The notes under the pieces: generated by a model | The model's database searches: none | Told to the model about the DNA's origin: nothing | Seen by the model: the letters and a program-made list of their open reading frames with translations, nothing else | Part shown: piece by piece, positions 18,536 to 29,052 of the stretch | How the letters are laid out: every line of letters starts with the position of its first letter | How positions within the stretch are numbered: the stretch's first letter is position 1 | Assembly (NCBI GenBank): GCA_965219385.1 | Contig: CBDCNM010000002.1 | Coordinates: 4,164,305 to 4,228,304, forward strand | Source of the DNA: Candidatus Latescibacterota bacterium | GTDB taxonomy: Bacteria; Latescibacterota; UBA2968; UBA8231 | DNA length: 64,000 nucleotides | Reading direction: 5' to 3' | Made by a program: the position numbers and the translations under genes

Positions 18536-21500
18536 TTAAAGCCCCAGTTGATAGGTAACCCCCAGCTTCACCCGCCGGCCCTTGGGGTCGTGCGTGAAGC
18601 CGTCGTACGCCTGCTCGATGTTGACCAGGGGTGGCCGGGTGTCGAGCAGGTTCATCCCCGAGAGCACCATGTTGGCGCCCCTGGTCAGGCTCCACAGAAA
18701 GCTCACGTCCAAAGTGACGAAGGGGTCGATGGTACCGAACAGGTCCTTGATGGCAGCATTGCCGGAGGCCATCGATCCCCGGTCCTCGTAGGACGAGATG
18801 TAGTTCAGGTAGCTCACGATGCTGTAGGTCTTCCAGTGATAGCCTGCCGAGGCCCGCCCCTTGATCTTGGGAAGCGAGGTCGCAATGGGATTGCCGAAGT
18901 TCAGATAGCCGGCCGCGTCAGCGGCCTCCTGCAGTTCCAGATCGCCCAGCACCAAGGCCTTGGTCTCGTACGCCAGGATATAGCTGCCGTCCAGACTGGC
19001 GGCGACCTGGCCCGGGCCCGCGGGCATCCGCGTGCCCAGGTGCATGTCGATTCCCGAGGTCTTCACCCCCGGCCAATTGACGATATCGACACGCACCCGC
19101 TCGAGCTCCGAGGCCTCGCAGGTGCCCGTCCCGGGCCCGTCCGGGCAGACGATGAACTGTTTCAGGGCTTCCTTGTTTGCATCATCGGCATACAGTTCGG
19201 TGATTCTCCCGTGCGGCATGGCACCGATGACATCCTTGAAATCGTAGCTCCAGTAGTCGAAGGTCGCTTCATGGCCCGCCTCGGTGATCAGGGCGAGGCC
19301 CGCATTGTAGGTGAATGCCTGTTCGGGTTTGAGGTCCTTGCTTCCGATTCGGTCCACCGTCTGATAGGCGCCCGTCTCGTTGATCCACTCGAGCGTCGAA
19401 AGTGGGCTTTCGTTCACATCGTCCAGGGATGGAGTGCGGAACGTCGTCTGCACCGAGCCGCGCAGGAACAGGGACTGGGTGGAGGATTCGGCCAGCTGAT
19501 AGCGCCACCCGAACTTGGGATCGAAACTGCTCGCCACATCGTGGAACTCGTAGTTGGCGGCGAGCTGGGTGTCGAAGCGCGACCCCAGGCTCAGGGGAAT
19601 CTCGGCGAAGATGCGGTGCACCGTCTGCGATTCATCATACGGCCGATTCACATTGGTGAACGCATAGGGGCCGAACCTGTCCTCGGCTGAGCAGTTCATA
19701 TCGCCCACGACCGGACAGGGGTTGATGGTCACGTCGCCCTCGTCGTTGGGATCGCCGCTGGCATTGAGCAGACGGAACTGGTACCCGCCCGCGTAGCTGG
19801 CGACGTCCTCGATCCAGGTCCCGCTCAGCGTCGCGTCGGCCACCAGCACATCCGCGGTGCTCTGCAGATCGACTTCATTATCTGCCAGCCAGTGCCGCAA
19901 CTCGGGGCTGTTGGCAAGGTTGGCACGGTAAGAGGGATTCGCCTGGGTTACAAAATCCGAGCCATGTTGATCCGTGAACTCGATGGCGTTGCTGAAGGGG
20001 TTGTAGTACTGGCAGTCCCCCTGACCCGCCACCTGGCCGTTGAGCGCGCCGAGCCGCATCCCGGCAAGGGATGTGGGATCTGGATCTGCCTCCACGCCAA
20101 CGCCGCAATCCGGCCCTCCAAAACCGCGGAAGCCGAGGAAGATCCGCTCGATGTACACCCCCGGCAGGTTGTAGTTGCCCTCGGTGCGCGAATAGGACAG
20201 ACCCAGGTCGTAATGGGTCTCTCGACCACCGAATGACGCAAAGTCCCCATTCGCCGAAGCCGCCAGGCGCCAGGTGCTGGAGTCGCGGCCCAGGATGCGC
20301 CCGGGACCCGAGTTGCCGAAGGGGCGGCCGTTGAAGTACCAGTTCTCGCCGCCCTGGCACTCGGCGTAGTAGAGGTCGCCGTCCGCGGCGCCGTAGTCCT
20401 CGCAGAAGGCCTGCCGGCCCGGGTGGTCGGGCGCGACCTCCTGGATACTCGTGTCCGTCAGTGGGAAGGGAGGGTACGAAGGGGTGGTGTACCAGTTGGG
20501 AATCTCAGCCTCGGCCCACAGGCCCTCGAAGTGATACTCCGTGCCATTGTCCAGCGCACCGTTGATCTCGGCAAAGGCACGGGTATGGCTCATCTCCTCG
20601 ATCAGGTTCTCGTACTGCTGATAGCGGAAACGGCAGGTCCAGGATTCCCGGAAGCCGCCAAATTCCTCGCAACGAGGAGCGTGGATGGCAGCGGTCCAGG
20701 GGGCCGGAGCGCCAACGGCGAAGGTGCCCGGATTCCCCAGGCTCGACCATCCGAGGCGCTGCCCGCCGCCATGCCACGGCTGCAGCAGGTAGTCCCTGTC
20801 GGTGGACGGCAACTCTCCGCGTCTTCGCCATTCCCCGGCCACAACCGCATGGGCCCCGCCGAGTTGGCCGCCCCATATCGCGCCGGCGTCGCTGTCCCCC
20901 GCACCGGCCAGATACTCGTGCGAGGCCGAGACTTCGAACCCCGTGAAGTCGGAGCGGGTCAGGAAGTTGGCGACCCCGGCCACCGCATCCGATCCATAGA
21001 TGGCCGCAGCCCCCTCCTTGAGCACCTCGACCCGGTCCAGGGCGATGGAAGGGATGGCATTCACGTCGACGAAGCGCCCCCCGATCAAGCGCGCCGGGAC
21101 ATAGGTCTGGCGGCGGCTGTTGATCAACACCAGCGTCCGCGAGGCGCCCAGACCGCGCAGATTGACATTGGCAATGCTCTCGGAAAGGGTGGCGGCCTGG
21201 TTGGCGTTGTACCAACTGCTGCGCTCGCCGATCACTCCGTGGCTGGCGCTCAAGTTCTTGAAGAAATCAACCGCCTGCGGCGACCCTTGTTCGGCCATCT
21301 TTGCCCGGCCAGTCACCGCGACTGCGTAGGGCAAGTTGATGGGAGATTCCTTAAAGGCGGTGCCGGTCACTGCCGTCTCTTCAAGGAGGATCGCCGCGGG
21401 TTTTAGGCGCACCTCAACGGCCGTGGTCTGCCCGGCCTGCACCTGAACGGCGGCGGTCGCGCGCCCGTAGCCGATCAATTCGGCCGTCAGCTCGTGCGCA

Positions 21501-21718
21501 CCGGCGGGCACGCCGGTAATGGTGAAGCGGCCCTGCCCGTCCGACAATCCGCCCAGTTCCAGGGCCGGGATGTAGACCAGGGCTGCTTCCAGCGCGTCTC
21601 CGCTGTCGTCGTCGACCACGGTGACGGCGACGGCACCGGTCGTTTGCGCCTGCACCGGCGCGGCCCAGAGCAAGGCCGCGCCGACCAGCGTCGAAATGGA
21701 CGTGTTCCAAAATCTCAT
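18536..21718 (-). CDS. TonB-dependent receptor with N-terminal carboxypeptidase-regulatory-like domain
   Basis: Signal peptide and plug motifs NLRGLGASRTLVLIN and RVEVLKEGAAAIYGSDAVAGVANF. C-terminal GRRVKLGVTYQ. Confidence 0.93.
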   Translation of the reverse strand: MRFWNTSISTLVGAALLWAAPVQAQTTGAVAVTVVDDDSGDALEAALVYIPALELGGLSDGQGRFTITGVPAGAHELTAELIGYGRATAAVQVQAGQTTAVEVRLKPAAILLEETAVTGTAFKESPINLPYAVAVTGRAKMAEQGSPQAVDFFKNLSASHGVIGERSSWYNANQAATLSESIANVNLRGLGASRTLVLINSRRQTYVPARLIGGRFVDVNAIPSIALDRVEVLKEGAAAIYGSDAVAGVANFLTRSDFTGFEVSASHEYLAGAGDSDAGAIWGGQLGGAHAVVAGEWRRRGELPSTDRDYLLQPWHGGGQRLGWSSLGNPGTFAVGAPAPWTAAIHAPRCEEFGGFRESWTCRFRYQQYENLIEEMSHTRAFAEINGALDNGTEYHFEGLWAEAEIPNWYTTPSYPPFPLTDTSIQEVAPDHPGRQAFCEDYGAADGDLYYAECQGGENWYFNGRPFGNSGPGRILGRDSSTWRLAASANGDFASFGGRETHYDLGLSYSRTEGNYNLPGVYIERIFLGFRGFGGPDCGVGVEADPDPTSLAGMRLGALNGQVAGQGDCQYYNPFSNAIEFTDQHGSDFVTQANPSYRANLANSPELRHWLADNEVDLQSTADVLVADATLSGTWIEDVASYAGGYQFRLLNASGDPNDEGDVTINPCPVVGDMNCSAEDRFGPYAFTNVNRPYDESQTVHRIFAEIPLSLGSRFDTQLAANYEFHDVASSFDPKFGWRYQLAESSTQSLFLRGSVQTTFRTPSLDDVNESPLSTLEWINETGAYQTVDRIGSKDLKPEQAFTYNAGLALITEAGHEATFDYWSYDFKDVIGAMPHGRITELYADDANKEALKQFIVCPDGPGTGTCEASELERVRVDIVNWPGVKTSGIDMHLGTRMPAGPGQVAASLDGSYILAYETKALVLGDLELQEAADAAGYLNFGNPIATSLPKIKGRASAGYHWKTYSIVSYLNYISSYEDRGSMASGNAAIKDLFGTIDPFVTLDVSFLWSLTRGANMVLSGMNLLDTRPPLVNIEQAYDGFTHDPKGRRVKLGVTYQLGL

Positions 21719-21812
21719 AAGAGCACCTCCGCTTTAAGGGTTTTTGGAACGTTTGCTTCGTCGACGTATCTGCATTCTGTTATATCCGACCGCCTGATAT
21801 TCTCATAGCGAA

Positions 21813-23369
21813 TCAGTGCGATTCACGCGTTTCGCTGCGAAGCCCTATCCAGACGCAGACTGCCATTCCCAATAGGACAATGGCGAACGGGAAGCCGGTT
21901 GCGAGCGAGGCCGCCTGCAACGAATTCAGCCCTCCACCAAGTAGGAGTGCTATAGCGACTAGCCCCTCAATAGTACACCAGAAAATACGTTGCGCTACTG
22001 GGGTGTCAACCTTGCCGCCGGCTGCGATGGTATCAATAATCAACGATCCGGAGTCCGACGAGGTAACGAAAAATACGATGGTCAGCAGTATCGCCACAGA
22101 TGAAAGTAATTTCGTCATCGGGAGTTTGTCAAGCATTTTGAACAATGCGATTTCCAGCTTCCACGCCGCAACATTTTCGGTTACACCAGTATAGCCCTCA
22201 ACCATGTGCTGGTGGAGGGCAGTGCCGCCAAAGGTACCAAACCACAGTAAACATAACACCACCGGCGGGGTGAGTACAAAAATCATGAATTCGCGAACCG
22301 TGCGGCCCTTTGAAATGCGGGCGATGAAGGTGCCGACGAAGGGTGCCCAGGCAAGCCACCAGGCCCAGTAGAATGTCGTCCAACCGTGCAGGAAATCCGT
22401 GTCCTCGCGTCCTATCCAGTTGCTGAGCGGCACAATTTTTGCAAGATAGCTACCAAGCCCAGCGAACATACTGCGGAAAATGTAGGACGTCGGACCGAGT
22501 ATGATAATACTCAACAGCAACAAAAACGCGAGAATTATGTTGAACTGGCTAAGACGCTTGATACCAACATTAATACCCATCAGCACCGATATCAGCGCGA
22601 TGGACGTAATCACCACAATCAGCACCACCATGGTGGTGTTAGTCGCGGGAACATCAAACAGATAATTCAAACCGGAGGTCACCTGTTGAACCCCCAAGCC
22701 GAGCGAGGTGGCGAGCCCAAACAGACCTGCGAATATGGCGAACGTATCGATGATATGGCCAGGCCAGCCCCAGATGCGGTCGCCGAACAAGGGATAGAAC
22801 GCCGAGCGGATGGTGAGGGGCAGTCCCCGGTTGTAGGCGAAGTACCCGAGGGCGAGTCCAACGACTCCGTAAATGCCCCAACCGTGTAGCCCCCAGTGAA
22901 AAACTGTTGCCGCTATGCCGACGGTGGCGGCCTCCTCTGTTCCGGCGGTAATGCCGAGGGGCGGGCTCTGAAAGTAGTAGACCGGCTCCGCCACCCCGTA
23001 AAACAGCAGACCTATGCCCACGCCCGCTGCAAAGAGCATGGAGAACCAGGTTAAGTTGGAGTACTCGGGTTTTGTATCGGCCTCCCCGAGGCGCACCTTG
23101 CCGAGGGGCGAGAATGCCACATACAGACAAAAGAGCAAGATGAGGTTAGCAGTAATCATGAAAAACCAATCGAGGTTCGTAGTGAGCCACTCGCGGATAT
23201 TTTTGAAAACCTCCGTCGCGGCTTCCTGGAAGACAAGTGCCCCAATGAGAAAGGCGACGATGGTGATACTGGAAATCACGAACACTGGAGTCAGGTGGAT
23301 ATCTAAACCGAATAGCTTCCGGTACTCCTTGTCATCCGGCAGTTGTGGTTGTTTTCCTTCTTCACGCAT
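21813..23369 (-). CDS. BCCT family (betaine/carnitine/choline) transporter
   Basis: WFSMLFAAGVGIGL, FHWGLHGW, WTTFYWAWWLAWAPFVGTFIARISKGRT and FFVTSSDSG. Start uncertain (23369 or 23396). Confidence 0.93.
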   Translation of the reverse strand: MREEGKQPQLPDDKEYRKLFGLDIHLTPVFVISSITIVAFLIGALVFQEAATEVFKNIREWLTTNLDWFFMITANLILLFCLYVAFSPLGKVRLGEADTKPEYSNLTWFSMLFAAGVGIGLLFYGVAEPVYYFQSPPLGITAGTEEAATVGIAATVFHWGLHGWGIYGVVGLALGYFAYNRGLPLTIRSAFYPLFGDRIWGWPGHIIDTFAIFAGLFGLATSLGLGVQQVTSGLNYLFDVPATNTTMVVLIVVITSIALISVLMGINVGIKRLSQFNIILAFLLLLSIIILGPTSYIFRSMFAGLGSYLAKIVPLSNWIGREDTDFLHGWTTFYWAWWLAWAPFVGTFIARISKGRTVREFMIFVLTPPVVLCLLWFGTFGGTALHQHMVEGYTGVTENVAAWKLEIALFKMLDKLPMTKLLSSVAILLTIVFFVTSSDSGSLIIDTIAAGGKVDTPVAQRIFWCTIEGLVAIALLLGGGLNSLQAASLATGFPFAIVLLGMAVCVWIGLRSETRESH

Positions 23370-23607
23370 CGAGAAAGTCAGCACCCCCTTCGCCATCTAA
23401 AGCCAGTATGTCGGCCATGGATTTACCGCTGACGGATTGACTGATTACCAATACCCCTTCGTCCCCAAACAGCAGCTTCGGGTTCTTTTTCATCCAGTTC
23501 TCCAAATCCTTTTCGCAAAGGTTCAACTCTGATGCCGACTTACTCCTGAACGTCTGAATGGTTTTCTCTTCTTCGAGGTTAAGTCTGCATAGCATCTGCG
23601 CCTCCAT
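23362..23607 (-). pseudogene. NucS-like PD-(D/E)XK nuclease 5' fragment
   Basis: EKDLENWMKKNPKLLF...VISQ...ADILALDGEG, breaking off before the expected ExK motif. Confidence 0.55.
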
Positions 23608-23798
23608 CGAATCTTGCGGTTTGTGTCACCTGTCACCAGTGCTAGGCGATACCGCCCTATAAGCTGGCCTCTGCTCCCCGTTCGGTCCTTTCGGCATGTA
23701 TACTCCCTGTCAAGATATTTATAATATCGGCTAATCCCAGTATATTTCAACCTGAGACACCACCTAAGGATACCTGATGCCAAGCGTTTCTTGGTGCC

Positions 23799-24947
23799 TC
23801 AAAATCTGATGCGCATCAATTCCACCTTCACTTCGCGCACCGGCGTGCCCTTTTCCTCCCGGCGAATGGCCTCCGGGAAAAGCGGCACCACCGGCATGGA
23901 CAGGCCCCGAGCCATCCCCTCCCGTCCAGCGCTCGGCGAATGGCCCGCATCCCGCCAGGCGGAATACTCCTGCGCAACCTCGTAGTGCCGGGTTAAATAC
24001 GTCCCGGCTCCGAGCCCCAGGATCCCCCCGGCCAGCATCATGGCGAAAGTGGGTTGGGCCTGGTGGTGCCTATCAGCCAGGACCGCGGTCCCCAGGCCGT
24101 ACAGAGTGCCGATGATCCCACCGAGATTGATCAGCCGGGCCCTTCCTCCGCTCATTCCCACACGAGGGGCGAGAGTGCCCATTTTCACCAGCCCCAGATT
24201 GCCTCCGGCCATGGCGCTGGTGAGAAGCGCATCGCTGTCTGTCACCCCCAGGATTTTGCCGGCGCACAACGCGAACCAGGTGCCCCATATACCCCCGAAG
24301 TTGATCAGGGTCGCCTCGCCCGCGCTCACGTAGCGCCGGACCACGACGTTGGAGGCGGCCAGCAGCCCCAGGGCGCCGCCGGCCATGCTGGCCGCGGTTA
24401 CCCCCTTGTAGCCGCTGCCGGCCAGGATCGCCGCCCCGGTTCCCTGCCACGTGCCCCAGGCCCCGCCGAGGGCGAGCAGGGAGGCCTGCCCGTTGCTGAT
24501 GGGTGCTTCCCGGGTTTGGACGAGAGTGGTGCTCAGGCCGAGCATGGGCCCCGCGATCATCCCCATGTAGACCAGTTCCGCCGATTCGGCCAGGATGCCG
24601 GTGCCCATGCCTACCCAGGTCGCGTACAGGGTGCCGAAGACGGCCAGCCCCACTCTGGCCGGTGGGCTGATGGTCACCTCCACGCCCTCCCTGCGGCGGA
24701 TCTCCTTCCTCCTCTGGCGGGCCAGGACGGCGTACACACTCTCTTTGTAGTTCGCGGTGATCCAGTCGAAGCGCCGCAGGGCTCTGTCGTATTCCCCTTG
24801 GTTCATCAGTCCGGTCGTGGCCTCGTACATGATCCTGGCTTCCAGACCCCTGAGTTGCTCTTTTTCTTCCTGAGCGCAGAGCAGACCGGGCGCCATGCAC
24901 ACCGCGCACAGACCCAATATCGCCATCCTGTTCCATCTCGAGATCAT
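23799..24947 (-). CDS. Hypothetical exported protein: TPR-like N-terminus plus three Gly-rich hydrophobic repeats
   Basis: Start MISRWNR with signal peptide. Repeats G.A.L...GG.WGTW. Ends VELMRIRF. Confidence 0.75.
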   Translation of the reverse strand: MISRWNRMAILGLCAVCMAPGLLCAQEEKEQLRGLEARIMYEATTGLMNQGEYDRALRRFDWITANYKESVYAVLARQRRKEIRRREGVEVTISPPARVGLAVFGTLYATWVGMGTGILAESAELVYMGMIAGPMLGLSTTLVQTREAPISNGQASLLALGGAWGTWQGTGAAILAGSGYKGVTAASMAGGALGLLAASNVVVRRYVSAGEATLINFGGIWGTWFALCAGKILGVTDSDALLTSAMAGGNLGLVKMGTLAPRVGMSGGRARLINLGGIIGTLYGLGTAVLADRHHQAQPTFAMMLAGGILGLGAGTYLTRHYEVAQEYSAWRDAGHSPSAGREGMARGLSMPVVPLFPEAIRREEKGTPVREVKVELMRIRF

Positions 24948-24958
24948 GGTTTTTTCCT

Positions 24959-26128
24959 TCAGAATCTGATTTTCACCAGAGTGGCGCGGATTGCCACCGA
25001 AGGATGTGCCGGGCGCCCCCCTTTCAACCTGCCGGCCGCGGCGGGGGCAAATACCCCCAGGGCAGGGGCTGGCCAGCCCCATTCTGCCACCACCCGTACG
25101 CTTCTCTGGCCGGAAGCGCCAGATGGGAGATCGCGCTCCCTGGTTCGGACACCGTCCCAAAGCCCGGCAACACCCCCGGCCATGATGAGGCCCATAGGCA
25201 CCGTGGCATTATCGAAGATACCCTCCAGAGCCAGCAGCCCCACGAAGCCGCTGGCCACAAAGGTGGCGGCCAGTCCCCGCAGGTTGATCAGGCGGGCGTG
25301 CTCCGGGCTCAGCTCGACCCGGGGGATCAGCATCGCCATGGCCACAAGGCCCAGATTCCCGCCCAGCAGGGCATTCCTCAAATTCCAGTCACCATCCGCT
25401 TCGGCCATGACCGAAGCGCAGAATCCAAACCACGTACCCCAGCCTCCCGCATGGTTCAGGAGACTGGCGTCGCCCCTGCTTATGTCGGTGTAGCGGGTGA
25501 GGGCCCCACTGCCGGCGATGCCCGCCAGCCCGCCCGCCATGGCCGCGGCGGTCAGGCGCCGGCCGGAGCGCTCATCGGCCGCGACCATCCATCCGTAGCC
25601 CTGCCAGGTACCCCAGAGACCGCCGAGCTTGATGAGGGTTGTCTGCCCTGGACTCAGGGCGGTATCCCGGGTGAGGAGATGGGTGGTGAGCAGACCGGCA
25701 GGGGCGCCGATCATCATGCCCGCGGCCAGGGCCTGATCCGAGTCCGCACCCGCGACGATGGCCGTGCCCACGCCCAGCCAGGTGGAGTAGAGCGTGCCGA
25801 ATATCAGGGCGCCGATACGGCCCCCCTGGTCAATGGGCCTGCGGCCAACCCGATACAGGCCCAGTTCTTCGAGGCGTTTTTTCCTCTCGGCCGCCGAGGT
25901 GGCGTACAGGGTTCCGGGGTACTGGTTGGTTATGTCGGTCAGGTAGTTGTACGCCGGGCCGTACTGCCCTTTGACGAGGGCTGTAAAGGCCGTCTCGTAC
26001 AGCTTTTGGGCCTGTGTTTCACCTGCGGCTTCTTCCTGGGCCCAGAGCGTGTCGCCCAGGAGTATGAGCGCGGCAACACAAACCCGCAGCATGAAGGGTA
26101 CACCAGGCATTAGGTCGATCTTTGTCAT
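24959..26128 (-). CDS. Paralog of 23799..24947
   Basis: Same architecture (FGTLYSTWLG, GGLWGTWQG, GGWGTWFG). Ends LVKIRF. Confidence 0.75.
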   Translation of the reverse strand: MTKIDLMPGVPFMLRVCVAALILLGDTLWAQEEAAGETQAQKLYETAFTALVKGQYGPAYNYLTDITNQYPGTLYATSAAERKKRLEELGLYRVGRRPIDQGGRIGALIFGTLYSTWLGVGTAIVAGADSDQALAAGMMIGAPAGLLTTHLLTRDTALSPGQTTLIKLGGLWGTWQGYGWMVAADERSGRRLTAAAMAGGLAGIAGSGALTRYTDISRGDASLLNHAGGWGTWFGFCASVMAEADGDWNLRNALLGGNLGLVAMAMLIPRVELSPEHARLINLRGLAATFVASGFVGLLALEGIFDNATVPMGLIMAGGVAGLWDGVRTRERDLPSGASGQRSVRVVAEWGWPAPALGVFAPAAAGRLKGGRPAHPSVAIRATLVKIRF

Positions 26129-26350
26129 GGCAATTTCCCTCGTCGATGGACACGTAGCCCTCGGACGGGTCGTATGTAGAAGCTGCTGCAGCAACCCGGT
26201 GCTGGTGCTCTCACGGGGTTGTCCCCGTGAAACCTGCTCGCATGGACGGGGGCAAACGATGTGCTATCGTCCGTATTTGTGCCGGGCTATGGCACCACGG
26301 CCAGCTTGCTGATCGGTGAGACCCCCCCGGGCGCCCGGAGGGAGTTGCGC

Positions 26351-29023
26351 CTAATCCAACCCTGCATGGACGGTCATAAACAGGCTGGTGGCGCGCTGCT
26401 CTTCGCCGCGGGCAAAGCGGCGCCGGGTCCACTGCACCCCGGCGCGCGACACCAGCTGGTACCCGGTATAGGCCACCCGGTTGGTCAACTGCGCCAGCAG
26501 CGTCCGGCCGCTGAAGTCCTGGTCGATCTGTTGGCGCCGGCCCTGGAGCATCCAGAAGCGGGTCCATTCTACCCCTACCTGCAACTGGGTATTGAAAAGC
26601 TGCTTGCCGTAGCGCGGAAAGTAATTCACCCGGGAGCGTTCGGCCATGAGCGGCTGGATCCACAAAAAGAGGACGGTCTCTTCCAGGCTGGTGGCGGTGG
26701 ATTGGCGGGTGCTGAAGGGCCGGTCCCGGCGGAACTCGCTTTTGAGGCGCGGTTTGAGCAGGCCCAGGCCGATGGGGAGGGCCCATTCGCCTTTGTTGAT
26801 CAGCCCGGTAAAACCGGCTCGCTTGCGGCCCTCCCGCAGGCGCAGCTGGGGGCGCGCATCGCGCTGCCGCACAACCTCCCACTTGAAGCGGTGCTGCAGA
26901 CGCAGGCCCTCGGCCAGACGTTGATCCAGATCCAGGTACAGAGTGTTTTTCCAGGTGTCTTGTGCCGGCAGCGTATCAAAGACATCCTGCATGCGCCCGA
27001 TGCCGCCGATGGGCTGGACCCACTGGTGCAGGTCGTCGCGGATATTGTCTTTGACCAGGGCGCTGAAATCGAAAAAGCGCAGCCGTCCCCAGCCCGGCCA
27101 AGACCGGGTCCAGGTCACCATGCTGTACACGGAATGGGTGCGCCCGTCCCCCAGGATCAGGCCCATGCGCTGGCCCCCGAGCAGGAAGAGCAGATCCGGA
27201 CTCACGTGCGCCTGGATATAGGCGTTGAAGCCGCGATGATCCCTCTTGTAGGGGTAGTCGGGCGACACGTCATTCTCAAAGCGGTCGATGGCGCCGTTGT
27301 GGTTCAGGTCCGTCCCGAATAAAAACTCGGGCCGATCCGAATAAAAGCGCAGGAAGGGCTCTTCGTAGTCGGGGATGAGGTTGGCGTTCTGGTTGTGGTC
27401 GTAGAGAAAGTCCCCGTTCTCGTCGTAGCCCGGCCAGGCCACCTGGCGGGTGGAGAGTTGAAAGGGCCGTTCCCATTCGGGGATGGCGTTGTGATCGTCG
27501 TCGTCCTCGACGAATTCGTACAGATCCGGCACCGGCGCTTTGAAGCGGATCTGGCCGTTGTTCTGGGTCAGCCAGTACCGGGTCGAGTACCCATCGGCTA
27601 TGGAGAAGGCCTCGCCGAAAACCTTCCAGGGATAGCGGTTGTAGGCCAGGTTTGCGTACGCGGCCCCGTCCTGATCGACCACGAGGTGGTGGTGGGCCTC
27701 GTCCGGTCCGGGGTACTTACTGTAGCGCCGGTTGAGCACGGCTTCGCCCTGCAGGGACAGGCCCTTCCACTCCACCAAGTCCCAGTTGAAACCGAGCAGT
27801 TCATTGGCCGTGGGCAGGCCGTAGTCCAGGCGCAGCAGGCGGCCATTGCTCTCGTCCCGCACATTGCCCTCGGCGCGGCGCCGGGTGATAAAAACGGTTT
27901 CTGGAGTGAAACGGTCGCCGTTGGTCTGCAAATTCGAAGCCATTTCAATGCGGTAATCATTGGCCACGACCAGTTCCACATGGGCCTGTTGCACCGCCCC
28001 GGACTCGACGATTTCGGGGTCCAGGCTGTTCAGATCGTATTCGAGCAGGATGCTCTCCAGGCCATCGGCCACCAGGGCGCCTTCGCGGCTGCGCCCGCCC
28101 TCGATCCGGGGCTGCAGACCGCGCAGTTCGCGGCCGCTGGTGTCAATCAGGACAATGTCGTGCCGGAACAGGGTGGCTCCGCCCTGGCCGTCTTCGGGCG
28201 AATCGTCGCGCAGCTGCACCCAGATTTTTTCCAGCGGCTGGTTCTGCGCCGTGGTCAGGGTGCCGCGCAAAGCATTGCCGTAGCTGAAGTCCACCTGGGT
28301 CTGGGCGTTGTGGGCGTTGACATAGGTAAATCCCACCTTGGTCAGATCGCCGGCCTGGAGGGCGAGATGGCCGGCCAGGAAATGGGTGGTATTGTTGCGG
28401 CGGCCCCCGCCCGGATTGCTGGGGCGCGCCAGCAGCAGGGAGGTGGCGTAGCGCTCCCTGGTGTAGTCCAGGCGCATGCCGTCGAAATTGGGTTTGTACA
28501 GCGTCAGGGGGGTAAAGCTGGAGAAGATGCGGTCCCCAATCATCAGGCGGTAGGTGCCGCGCCCGTCCCCATCCGAGGAGATGACCAGGTTCTGGAAGAA
28601 TTGTCGATACGCGTTGGTCCGGCCCAGGCTGGTCGGGCCTTTGGACAGGAAACTGCCGTTGCGCTGGACCTGCACCTGCTCCCAGGTATAGACCAGCCAG
28701 CCCCTCCCCAGCGGGTTGCCGAAGGTATCGTACCATTCATCCCCTTCGAGGAGTAGATCCACGTAGCGCCTGTACAACTGGCGCGCGTAGCGGGCATCGG
28801 TGACGTACCAGGGCCGCACGTAGCTCTCTGCCAGGTGGCGCGGGGCGTACCACTTGTGTACTTCGGGTGCGATGCGCTCCAGGCCAAAGCCGGGCGCACT
28901 CGGGTGGTCTACGGCCCGGCCGAGCAAGGTCCGGTCCACCGACAGGCTTTGAGCCCGGGTACTCTGCGGCCCCGGGAGCGTCAGCAGGAGGCCGATGCCG
29001 GCCAAGTATGCAAGTGCGTGCAT
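26351..29023 (-). CDS. Large secreted, probably outer-membrane hypothetical protein (890 aa)
   Basis: Start MHALAYL. Shares KWY.P, RGWL.Y, NAH.AQTQ, LIPDYEEPFLRF and D.NHNG.IDRFEND with 3326..6001. Confidence 0.8.
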   Translation of the reverse strand: MHALAYLAGIGLLLTLPGPQSTRAQSLSVDRTLLGRAVDHPSAPGFGLERIAPEVHKWYAPRHLAESYVRPWYVTDARYARQLYRRYVDLLLEGDEWYDTFGNPLGRGWLVYTWEQVQVQRNGSFLSKGPTSLGRTNAYRQFFQNLVISSDGDGRGTYRLMIGDRIFSSFTPLTLYKPNFDGMRLDYTRERYATSLLLARPSNPGGGRRNNTTHFLAGHLALQAGDLTKVGFTYVNAHNAQTQVDFSYGNALRGTLTTAQNQPLEKIWVQLRDDSPEDGQGGATLFRHDIVLIDTSGRELRGLQPRIEGGRSREGALVADGLESILLEYDLNSLDPEIVESGAVQQAHVELVVANDYRIEMASNLQTNGDRFTPETVFITRRRAEGNVRDESNGRLLRLDYGLPTANELLGFNWDLVEWKGLSLQGEAVLNRRYSKYPGPDEAHHHLVVDQDGAAYANLAYNRYPWKVFGEAFSIADGYSTRYWLTQNNGQIRFKAPVPDLYEFVEDDDDHNAIPEWERPFQLSTRQVAWPGYDENGDFLYDHNQNANLIPDYEEPFLRFYSDRPEFLFGTDLNHNGAIDRFENDVSPDYPYKRDHRGFNAYIQAHVSPDLLFLLGGQRMGLILGDGRTHSVYSMVTWTRSWPGWGRLRFFDFSALVKDNIRDDLHQWVQPIGGIGRMQDVFDTLPAQDTWKNTLYLDLDQRLAEGLRLQHRFKWEVVRQRDARPQLRLREGRKRAGFTGLINKGEWALPIGLGLLKPRLKSEFRRDRPFSTRQSTATSLEETVLFLWIQPLMAERSRVNYFPRYGKQLFNTQLQVGVEWTRFWMLQGRRQQIDQDFSGRTLLAQLTNRVAYTGYQLVSRAGVQWTRRRFARGEEQRATSLFMTVHAGLD

Positions 29024-29052
29024 GTGGTATGCCCTAGGTGCTGGGCGCGTTA

